Assembly: GCA_020697515.1 (NCBI GenBank)
Contig: JAIXNB010000033.1
Coordinates: forward strand, 1 to 13,568
DNA: 13,568 bases
DNA from: Nanobdellota archaeon
GTDB taxonomy: Archaea; Nanobdellota; Nanobdellia; Nanobdellales; Nanobdellaceae
Direction: 5' to 3'
Part shown: positions 7,111 to 13,568 of the stretch, in pieces
Position numbering within the stretch: position 1 is the stretch's first letter
Layout: each line of letters begins with the position of its first letter
Notes under the pieces: generated by a model
Databases searched by the model: none
What the model saw: the letters and a program-made list of their open reading frames with translations, nothing else
Told to the model about the DNA's origin: nothing
Program-made: the position numbers and the translations under genes

Positions 7111-7165
7111 ATAATTATAAACAATTACCTTTTCTTAATAAATATTTTTATAATGAGATATTTTT

Positions 7166-8500
7166 ATGGATAAGAAGTTAAAAAATGTACTACCATTGCT
7201 GTTTCTATTCGTTATACTGTTAACATACATATTATTGTTTTTTGCAAAAGTTTCTGTAGCATATAAGGAAGAGACCAAAACTACTTTTGGCCAGTTCATA
7301 ATCCCTGAGAACCTATATATAGATAGGGTATACATTCCAGCAGTTAGCGGGGATTATGGAGTTATAACTACTTTTAATATAAACATCTTTCCTGGAAATG
7401 GAAAAGTATTTATTAGTTTGCCTCCATTTTTTGATAAAGAGTCTGCAGTAAGCTTTGTTTTAGCAAAAGAAGCAGTATGTAAATTATTTGAAGAATGTAA
7501 TAACTATACCTATCTATTTTATACAGACGACGTAGTATACGGGGAAGGATTTTCTGGAACAGCGGGTTTTTCTTTATTGATTTTGTCTTTCTTTGAAAAA
7601 ATAAAAAATAATCTATCTAGAATACATAACTATCCTATAACAGGGTTTATATTGCCAAATGGAGTAATAGCTCCAGTTTCTGGTATACCTAAAAAATTGA
7701 ATGCTACTTTACAGAAATCAGAATATCTTGTTGCCCCAGCGAACAACGAACATATAATTCCGGCGTACACAATATTGGATCTTCTCAAGATATATTTTAA
7801 TAAAACTTTCACAGAAAATTTAACTGTTCCAGAGGGGTATAAGCATATAATTCACAATATAACTATCAATATATGTAAAAACATAGATAATTATATAGTA
7901 ACTGGGTTATTAAGCAAAAATAGATATTACTCTGCTGCAAGTTACTGTTTTAGAGAACATCTTAAAAAGAATGCAACGATTTTGAATGATTCGGAGGTAA
8001 ATAGACTAATAAAAGAACTAGAAAATAAACTAAAGTCTGTAAACTGTAAGACTTATGAATGCTTAGAAATAAAATACCAGGTGATGGAAAGATTAAATAC
8101 TGCCAAGAATCTAACTGGGGCAGCCAAATATTGGAGATATTACACTGCAGAAGGATGGTTTAAATTTATGAATTTAGCTCAAAACATAAACAGAAGAGAT
8201 ACTTGTAAATCTGTCCTAGAAGAGTATAAAGTTGTTAAGTACATCTATAATAATTTACCAGAAACAAATAATTGCTTTGAAGCTAGAGAATATCTAGCAA
8301 AGGTATATAGTAGTCTGATAACCTATAGAGATGAAAAAGCATTATATAGTATAATAAACCTAACTAAGTTCTTCATGCAGAAGAATGGTTTTTCTATAAG
8401 TGCATATAATTATTTACAGTATGCTGAAGATTTATACAAATTGGGAGACGAAGATTCAGCTTTCTATTATGCTATATTAGCCCTACAATATGCAGTATGA
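7166..8500 (+). CDS. Membrane-anchored Lon-protease-domain (peptidase S16, Lon_C-like) protein without an AAA+ module, with a C-terminal Cys-containing helical domain
   Basis: The N-terminus MDKKLKN plus the TM helix VLPLLFLFVILLTYILLFFA suggests an N-in, bulk-out topology. Residues 55-200 align by eye to the E. coli Lon proteolytic domain. FPGNGKVFIS matches VPGKGKLTYTG, and DKESAVSFVLAKEAV matches MQESIQAALTVV. GFSGTAGFSLLIL matches GPSAGIAMCTALV (candidate catalytic Ser130, nt 7553-7555). ITGFILPNGVIAPVSGIPKKLNATLQKSEYLVAPANN matches [38 protein letters not shown] (candidate Lys177, nt 7694-7696). There are ten N-x-S/T sequons and 11 cysteines after the anchor. Confidence 0.65.
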   Translation: MDKKLKNVLPLLFLFVILLTYILLFFAKVSVAYKEETKTTFGQFIIPENLYIDRVYIPAVSGDYGVITTFNINIFPGNGKVFISLPPFFDKESAVSFVLAKEAVCKLFEECNNYTYLFYTDDVVYGEGFSGTAGFSLLILSFFEKIKNNLSRIHNYPITGFILPNGVIAPVSGIPKKLNATLQKSEYLVAPANNEHIIPAYTILDLLKIYFNKTFTENLTVPEGYKHIIHNITINICKNIDNYIVTGLLSKNRYYSAASYCFREHLKKNATILNDSEVNRLIKELENKLKSVNCKTYECLEIKYQVMERLNTAKNLTGAAKYWRYYTAEGWFKFMNLAQNINRRDTCKSVLEEYKVVKYIYNNLPETNNCFEAREYLAKVYSSLITYRDEKALYSIINLTKFFMQKNGFSISAYNYLQYAEDLYKLGDEDSAFYYAILALQYAV

Positions 8501-9648
8501 CAGAATATGAAATAAAGGTAAGTAAGAGGATTAGAAACAAGATTTTTGGAGGGAAGCAAGTATTTACAATAAATGAAGTACAAAAAAGAGAGTATCCTGT
8601 AGGTAGCTTAGTTAAATTAGTTTGTGGAAATAAATTTGTGGCCTGGGCAACAATAAATCCGAAGAATCCTAAACATTATATTAGAATTCTTTCTACAGAG
8701 AAGGATTATGATTTATACTCAGATATTGTAAACAAGCTTAAAATTGCGCAAAGGTATAGAGATAAAATTGGATATAGCAGACATTATAGATGGGTTTACT
8801 CTGAATCTGACTTTTTATCCGGCCTAATTGTGGATAAATTCGAAAACATAATTGTAATACAGAACACTAATCCTTATTTCGATAAAAATATCAATATTAT
8901 AAAAGAAGCTATACTGGATGTTGGTAAAAATGTTGAAACTATTTATGAGAAAAGTGTCGGGAAGAATAGAGAGAAGGAGTGGTTACCCCCTAAAGAGCGG
9001 ATTCTGTATGGCTCAAAAACACGAACTACAATTAAGGAGGGGGGTAAAAAATTTATAGTGGATGTTAAAAGTGGGCAGAAAACAGGATGGTTTTTAGACC
9101 AAAGAGAAAATAGAAGTATTGTTAAAAAATTTGTTTATGGTAAAACATTGGATGCGTTTTCTTACACGGGGTCCTTTGGAATAATATCCTCTGATAAAGC
9201 AGATGAACTGTGGTTCCTTGAAAAAAATAGATCTTCTGTAGAAGTTCTTATTGAGAATCTCAAAATAAACGGAATAGATAATGCTAAAGTATTAAACACT
9301 AACGCATATTTAGTACTCAAGAAATTCTCCGCAGAAAATAGAAAGTTTGATGTAGTAATTTTAGATCCACCTGATCTTCTATCTGAAAATTACAAAAAAG
9401 GTATTAGATCATTTATATTAGTTAATTCCATGGCAATAGATTTGATAAAGGATGGGTACCTCATATCATTCTCTTGCTCCCAAGACCTAAAAGAGGATAA
9501 GATGTTTTCTATACTTAGGACTCTTATTAGAAGGAAAAGCAGGAGATTTGAGTTAATCTCTAGATTACATCAAGCTTTTGACCACAAAGTGATATTCCCC
9601 CATAAAGAACTAGAATATTTAAAAGGGTTTGTTTTACATATTTGGTAG
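8497..9648 (+). CDS. PUA-domain SAM-dependent RNA (cytosine-C5) methyltransferase, RlmI / COG1092 family
   Basis: The hallmark GQKTGWFLDQRENR is present, along with motif I LDAFSYTGSFG, motif IV VVILDPPD, the catalytic-Cys region LISFSCSQ, and an N-terminal PUA-like region (GSLVKLV.GNKFVAWATINPKN). The ATG at 8497 overlaps the upstream stop (ATGA). Confidence 0.85.
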   Translation: MTEYEIKVSKRIRNKIFGGKQVFTINEVQKREYPVGSLVKLVCGNKFVAWATINPKNPKHYIRILSTEKDYDLYSDIVNKLKIAQRYRDKIGYSRHYRWVYSESDFLSGLIVDKFENIIVIQNTNPYFDKNINIIKEAILDVGKNVETIYEKSVGKNREKEWLPPKERILYGSKTRTTIKEGGKKFIVDVKSGQKTGWFLDQRENRSIVKKFVYGKTLDAFSYTGSFGIISSDKADELWFLEKNRSSVEVLIENLKINGIDNAKVLNTNAYLVLKKFSAENRKFDVVILDPPDLLSENYKKGIRSFILVNSMAIDLIKDGYLISFSCSQDLKEDKMFSILRTLIRRKSRRFELISRLHQAFDHKVIFPHKELEYLKGFVLHIW

Positions 9649-9689
9649 TTTTGAATCTTTATTTTTGAGATAATTATATATTTAGTTGT

Positions 9690-11549
9690 ATGAGAATACT
9701 CATATACGGTGTAGGTGGGATGGGTTCTTTTTTCAAAAATTTTTTCTACTCAAGAGGTTATGATGTCGCTGGGTATGATATTGTAAAAGAAAAGAGCGAT
9801 GTTGAAATCAATGAAATAGGGAAGTTTGATGTTATCTTTCTATGTACACCGATAGATACTATTTCTGATGCATTAGTTAATATAAAGAACTATGCAAGAG
9901 ATGATGTATTGCTTGTTGATATTTCCTCGATAAAATCAAATGTTCTACCTCTTCTTGACAAGTCGGGATTTGATTATTTGAGCATTCATCCCATGTTTGG
10001 CCCAAATAGCGATATAAGCTTGTCTAATATAATAGTAGTTGTGAAATCGGGTAGAGAGGAAGAAAAGATAATTTTAAATGAATTTAAGAAGGCTGGAGCG
10101 ATTATCACTAACATATCAAGGGATTTACATGATCATAAAATGGCAGAGATACAGGGGTTACCACACTTCATATTATTAGCCTTGGCAGACTTCTTATCTG
10201 AGAATTTTAAGGATAATTTAAGGTATGCAACTCCGATATTTCATATTATTTACAAACTTACAGCACGTATATTAAATCAGGACTGGAAAATGTATTACTT
10301 AATTCAGAAGAATGCTGAGAATTTAAGAGAAAAATTTGTGCAACATATAATTGAATTTCATGAGAGAGTCAAAAATGAAAATGAGTTCAAAAAACTATTT
10401 CACAGATTAAATTTAGGACGCTCCGATCCATTTATATTGGAGGCATATAAGGCCACAATTGATGTAGATAGCTTACATTTACTAAGAAGTTACATAAAGG
10501 TGTTAGATTATTTAATCCTTAGACTTATAGAAAGGAGAGCAAACGCGGGTAGAAAGATTGCGATACATAAAAAAAGAATTAACGAACCAATTGCATTCAG
10601 CAAAATTGAAGGAGTAAAAATTAAGGAGCTAGTAACTCAAACTGATCTCAATCCTCTTTATATTCAACAAGTATACGATGCTATAGTAAACCTTACAAGA
10701 GAGGAAGAATACAAAGTTGTAGGAATTCGTAAAAAGCTTGCAGTACTAGGACCAAAAGGTAGCTTTAGTGAAGAAGCAGCATTAAACCTTATTGGATCTA
10801 GATTACCATTAGTATATTGCTCGACGACCGACGAAGTAATAAAATTAGTTGAAAATAGCATTGTTGATTATGGATTAGTCCCTATAGAGAACTCAATTAA
10901 TGGAACTGTCTTACCGGTTTTAGATTCTTTATTAAGCCGAGATGTTGAAGTCTTTGGAGAAACAAAATTGGAAATAAATCATTGTTTAGTTGCAAAAAGG
11001 GAACTATCCCTTAAAGATATAAGAGTTATATATTCTCACCCACAGGCAATAGCTCAGTGTATGAAATTCATAAATAATTATTTACCTAATGTAGAAATTA
11101 GATATACCTCTAGTACATCAGATGCAATTAGACTTTTAGATAAATATTCTGCAGCGATAGCATCTGAGACTGCAGCTAGGTTAAACAAACTATACATACT
11201 TAGAAAGGGCATTCAAGATATTACCAAAAATATTACTAGATTTTATCTCATTAGAAAGAAAGGTAAGGGTGAGAAAAAGGGGTCTGTAACAGCTTTATTC
11301 TTTGGTGTGGAGGATAGACCGGGTGCCCTAAAAGATGTACTCGAAGTATTCTATAAAAGAAATATAAATCTAAGAAAGTTAGAATCTAGGCCTGCAAGAA
11401 CTAAGTTAGGAGAGTATATATTCTTTGTTGAAGCTGAAAGAAATTTAAATGATGAGGAATTAATAGAGCTTAGGAAGGTTACAACATTTTATAAAATAAT
11501 CGGAATTTTCGATGAGATTAAGAAACTTGATGATATATGGGATAATTAG
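9690..11549 (+). CDS. pheA: Trifunctional prephenate dehydrogenase (TyrA) / chorismate mutase (AroQ) / prephenate dehydratase (PheA) with a C-terminal ACT domain
   Basis: aa 1-245 (about nt 9690-10424) has a Rossmann motif IYGVGGMGSFF and the TyrA HPMFGP motif. aa 258-343 (about 10461-10718) is an AroQ-type helical chorismate mutase (LLRSYIKVLDYLILRLIERRANAGRKIAIHK). aa 349-525 (about 10734-11264) is a prephenate dehydratase (LGPKGSFSEEAA, GLVPIENSINGTV, YSHPQAIAQC, NITRFYLI). aa 533-610 (about 11286-11519) is an ACT domain with LESRPA....EYIFFVE. Confidence 0.9.
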   Translation: MRILIYGVGGMGSFFKNFFYSRGYDVAGYDIVKEKSDVEINEIGKFDVIFLCTPIDTISDALVNIKNYARDDVLLVDISSIKSNVLPLLDKSGFDYLSIHPMFGPNSDISLSNIIVVVKSGREEEKIILNEFKKAGAIITNISRDLHDHKMAEIQGLPHFILLALADFLSENFKDNLRYATPIFHIIYKLTARILNQDWKMYYLIQKNAENLREKFVQHIIEFHERVKNENEFKKLFHRLNLGRSDPFILEAYKATIDVDSLHLLRSYIKVLDYLILRLIERRANAGRKIAIHKKRINEPIAFSKIEGVKIKELVTQTDLNPLYIQQVYDAIVNLTREEEYKVVGIRKKLAVLGPKGSFSEEAALNLIGSRLPLVYCSTTDEVIKLVENSIVDYGLVPIENSINGTVLPVLDSLLSRDVEVFGETKLEINHCLVAKRELSLKDIRVIYSHPQAIAQCMKFINNYLPNVEIRYTSSTSDAIRLLDKYSAAIASETAARLNKLYILRKGIQDITKNITRFYLIRKKGKGEKKGSVTALFFGVEDRPGALKDVLEVFYKRNINLRKLESRPARTKLGEYIFFVEAERNLNDEELIELRKVTTFYKIIGIFDEIKKLDDIWDN

Positions 11550-11593
11550 TTTTAGTGGTGTTTATCTCCAGAGTGTTTAGCTATCCTAGAGAG

Positions 11594-11614
11594 TTTTTGT
11601 CCTGTTTGGTTTTA
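11594..11614 (+). terminator. T-tracts downstream of the fusion gene (candidate terminator)
   Basis: GTTTTTGTCCTGTTTGGTTTT contains T5, T3 and T4 runs, starting 45 nt after the stop at 11549. Confidence 0.25.
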
Positions 11615-11775
11615 ATTCCAACAATCTATCTATTGAATAAAGTCTAATAATCTCAAGGGATTCCTTTCAAGAAAAAGAAAAATTAGAAATCAACAAACAT
11701 CAGTACTCAATTATAATAAGATTTTTGGGTTAGTAACATCCAAATTGGATCTAAAAATAGCATATACGCGAAGCC

Positions 11776-12267
11776 TTAGTTAGTAATTTGTAATTTTAGT
11801 TGTCTGGCTTTGACTAACAGATCCTTTAATCTTTGAATTGTCTCCTCAATCTCACAAATCCTCAAGTTTCTCTTTGGCATTAAGATACTTCCGCACTCGG
11901 GGCATTTAAAATCATATTCCTCTGCTTTATCAAAATCAAATTGTAAGTCACAATATTCGCACATATACACCATCTCTGGCAAAGATGATTTTTCCTTCTC
12001 CAATTTTTCTAATTCTCTCTCCACTATGATTTTATATATTTCTTCAATATCATTAATTCTCGCTCCCCACTCGTAATCATACTTTCCCTCCTTTATCACG
12101 ACCGTCTTTATGGGATATACTACACCCAGTTCATGCAATCTATATAGTACTTTTCTAATTTCATTCTCCTTAATCTTTAATTTTTTCTTCAATTCCTTTT
12201 CTGTAAATGTATCTTTCTCCGCAATAGCATTTATGATTTTTTGGATGTTGTCATCTAACACCCACAT
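11776..12267 (-). CDS. tfe: Transcription factor E alpha subunit (TFE / TFIIE-alpha homologue)
   Basis: An N-terminal winged-helix region (...FTEKELKKKLKIKENEIRKVLYRLHELGVVY) is followed by a zinc ribbon, CEYC-x16-CPECG. The track start (12288) is a TTG. The ATG at 12267-12265 (MWVLDD...) lies 24-31 nt downstream of a TATA box, so I prefer it. Confidence 0.8.
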   Translation of the reverse strand: MWVLDDNIQKIINAIAEKDTFTEKELKKKLKIKENEIRKVLYRLHELGVVYPIKTVVIKEGKYDYEWGARINDIEEIYKIIVERELEKLEKEKSSLPEMVYMCEYCDLQFDFDKAEEYDFKCPECGSILMPKRNLRICEIEETIQRLKDLLVKARQLKLQITN

Positions 12268-12290
12268 AATAATCTTTATGGTTTTCAATA

Positions 12291-12298
12291 TTTATAAG
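12291..12298 (-). promoter_or_regulatory. TATA box for tfe
   Basis: The minus strand reads TTATAAAT (context CTTATAAATATTG), centred about 27 nt upstream of ATG 12267. Confidence 0.4.
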
Positions 12299-12435
12299 CA
12301 TTGTTGATAAGCAAAAACACTATATATAGAGGATTTAAATTATAACTATAAAGAAGTTTTTAAATTTTCTAAAAAGAAATAGTAAGAAATCTTTAAATAC
12401 TCTAATAGTATTTACTAGGCTACACCAGATAGTGT

Positions 12436-13167
12436 TCAGGATAAAAATCTAGATAAATTTTCCTTAAGTCTAATTTTCAAATATTTTGAATCAACTTTTT
12501 TTCTTTCAGCTATATAATTTATAACTTCTTCTATTTTTTCAGGATGCAAATAAATTCCTTTATATTTATATGGAGCATCTGACTCTGTTATTATGTTATC
12601 CAAATCAGCATATCTTAGGACTTCCTGATGTTTCTTCTGTAAAAATATTGCTGGATTTATTCCCACGAAGTATTGGTTGCTTTGTATTTCTTCTAACATG
12701 CTTACAGGGCCTGTATACCAGTGAAAATATGCTTTCTTAATGTCATATTTGATTAAAATATCAAAGACCTCTTCCCAAGCATCTGGAGTATGCAAGTTTA
12801 CAGATAGGTCATACTCTTTTGCAAGTTTCAAAAATCTTTCAAAGAATTCTCTTTGTTTGTTTATAGTTCCAGGAACAAATTTTTTATCAATTCCTATCTC
12901 TCCTAGAACTTTAATATTGGTCCTTTTTATAATGTTCTCAATTTTAGCCATATCTTCATTTTTTGTCTTCTCAATATTCCATGGATGTATCCCTACAGCA
13001 GGGATAACATTTTCATATAGTAAAGATAACTTCATATTGAAGAAACTTGAAGAAACATCATTTGCGACCGCCAAGAAGATAAATTCTCTATTCTTCAATA
13101 GAATTTCTCTTTCTTTCTCCTCAAACCCATGGAGGTGAATATGTGCATCCACATACTCGTACATCAT
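12436..13167 (-). CDS. TatD-family metal-dependent hydrolase (putative DNase)
   Basis: The N-terminal DAHIHL (HxH metal ligands) is present, plus GIHPW, GEIGID, NLHT.DAWE, a late FHWYTG and ITESDAPY. This order and spacing are typical of TatD/amidohydrolase-fold proteins. Confidence 0.85.
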   Translation of the reverse strand: MMYEYVDAHIHLHGFEEKEREILLKNREFIFLAVANDVSSSFFNMKLSLLYENVIPAVGIHPWNIEKTKNEDMAKIENIIKRTNIKVLGEIGIDKKFVPGTINKQREFFERFLKLAKEYDLSVNLHTPDAWEEVFDILIKYDIKKAYFHWYTGPVSMLEEIQSNQYFVGINPAIFLQKKHQEVLRYADLDNIITESDAPYKYKGIYLHPEKIEEVINYIAERKKVDSKYLKIRLKENLSRFLS

Positions 13168-13289
13168 TGCTAAAATTTACCTAATAAACATTTAATGCTA
13201 AAGATAATAAACCTGAGGGGTTGCCTTTATATAGTATATGGATCACTTTACTTGGAAATTTTCTCTTCAATATCTTTTATAACCGAAAA

Positions 13290-13309
13290 CCTCACCTTTT
13301 AGAGTGGGG
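13290..13309. other. Short GC-rich hairpin in an AT-rich spacer
   Basis: CCTCAC (13290-13295) pairs with GTGGGG (13304-13309) as 6 bp including one G-U, with an 8-nt loop. On the minus strand the hairpin is followed by TTTT. Confidence 0.3.
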
Positions 13310-13328
13310 ATGGGAAAGTTTAGATATT

Positions 13329-13365
13329 CTGACCTCCTCCTCGCCCTAAAGGGCGAGGCTTTCAG
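13329..13365. other. GC-rich hairpin with an internal loop (candidate structured RNA element or terminator)
   Basis: A perfect 8-bp stem, CCTCGCCC (13339-13346) with GGGCGAGG (13351-13358), closes a TAAA tetraloop. It is extended by CTGA (13329-13332) pairing with TCAG (13362-13365) across an asymmetric internal loop of 6 nt and 3 nt. This is the most GC-rich stretch I noticed in the intergenic spacers. Confidence 0.4.
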
Positions 13366-13376
13366 TTGTAATACTA

Positions 13377-13481
13377 ATGATTCTTGGACTTTTGATCATA
13401 GTTATAACAATCCTAGTGTTATCTACACTTGTTAGAATTTCTCAGACATCTCTTTTCGACCACTTTTCCAAAATTTCGTAA
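13377..13481 (+). CDS. Hypothetical 34-aa hydrophobic mini-protein (unsupported beyond ORF and hydrophobicity)
   Basis: The ORF runs from ATG 13377 to TAA 13479-13481 and encodes MILGLLIIVITILVLSTLVRISQTSLFDHFSKIS, a single predicted TM helix followed by a polar tail. No convincing TATA box sits at -25/-30, and T-rich DNA readily yields hydrophobic ORFs. Confidence 0.15.
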   Translation: MILGLLIIVITILVLSTLVRISQTSLFDHFSKIS

Positions 13482-13568
13482 TTTTCTTTTTTTAATTTCT
13501 TAGTTTCAAACGCCAAATATAACTTTTGATTTGCTTTAATGTTTTCATTTTAATTAAAATATATTCGT

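Noticed and set aside
7135-7335. 66-aa minus-strand ORF spanning the start of the Lon-like gene
   Set aside because: It overlaps the promoter and 5' end of a better-supported + strand gene and has no motif. It would have to start inside that gene.
7630-7812. 60-aa minus-strand ORF inside the Lon-like gene
   Set aside because: It is antisense to the region encoding the conserved Lon catalytic Lys segment, so it is a shadow ORF.
10664-10861. 65-aa minus-strand ORF inside the TyrA-CM-PheA fusion
   Set aside because: It is antisense to the conserved junction between the chorismate mutase and prephenate dehydratase domains, so it is a shadow ORF.
11738-11750. Perfect 6+1+6 palindrome ATCCAAATTGGAT just downstream of the tfe stop
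   Set aside because: It is short and AT-rich and occurs once. Palindromes of this size are expected by chance in 13.5 kb, and no flanking features suggest an operator or a recombination site.
12110-12307. 65-aa plus-strand ORF overlapping tfe
   Set aside because: It is antisense to TFE and extends over the tfe promoter. Its Phe/Ser/Ile-rich product has no motif.
12740-13138. 132-aa plus-strand ORF inside the TatD gene
   Set aside because: Despite its length it is entirely antisense to a gene with ordered TatD metal-ligand motifs. Its product is Ser/Phe/Ile-rich low-complexity sequence, as expected from the complement of a Lys/Glu/Asn-rich gene.
1-13568. Search for CRISPR arrays, IS/transposase genes, integrases, tRNA/rRNA genes and known defence-system signatures
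   Set aside because: There are no regularly spaced direct repeats, no terminal inverted repeats flanking an ORF, and no transposase, integrase or Cas-like translations in any frame of the ORF track. No GC-rich block is long enough for a tRNA or rRNA. The window is essentially housekeeping.

Overview
This is an AT-rich (roughly 30% GC by eye) archaeal chromosomal segment. It carries 15 credible protein genes, nearly all housekeeping. They are: the S4e C-terminus, L5, L32e, L6, aIF6, LX/eL20, prefoldin alpha, SppA signal-peptide peptidase, L3, a CcrM/HinfI-like beta-class DNA N6-adenine methyltransferase, a membrane-anchored Lon-protease-domain (S16) protein without an ATPase, a PUA/RlmI-family RNA methyltransferase, a TyrA-chorismate mutase-PheA-ACT fusion, TFE-alpha and a TatD-family hydrolase. 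The archaeal assignment rests on eukaryote-type r-proteins (S4e, L32e, LX), aIF6, prefoldin and TFE, and on TATA-like boxes about 25-30 nt upstream of start codons, which suggests largely leaderless mRNAs. I found no rRNA, tRNA, CRISPR array, IS element or recognisable multi-gene defence system, and I do not claim a coherent novel system. Five things are most worth a second look. (1) The ribosomal-protein operons are strongly fragmented: S4e-L5 converges on an inverted L6-L32e block, S14 and S8 are missing, and L3 is coupled to SppA instead of L4. (2) The bacterial-looking CcrM/HinfI-family methyltransferase is solitary and is followed by a 543-bp non-coding stretch. That stretch holds broken reading frames with a PD...EVK nuclease-like motif, so it may be a decayed restriction partner. 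(3) The Lon-like protease appears to be extracytoplasmic, with many N-glycosylation sequons and cysteines. Its stop overlaps the start of an RNA methyltransferase (ATGA). (4) The aromatic-pathway gene is a trifunctional fusion. (5) The right-hand spacer contains GC-rich hairpins and a 34-codon hydrophobic mini-ORF. All homology statements come from reading the translations and recalling family motifs, not from database searches.
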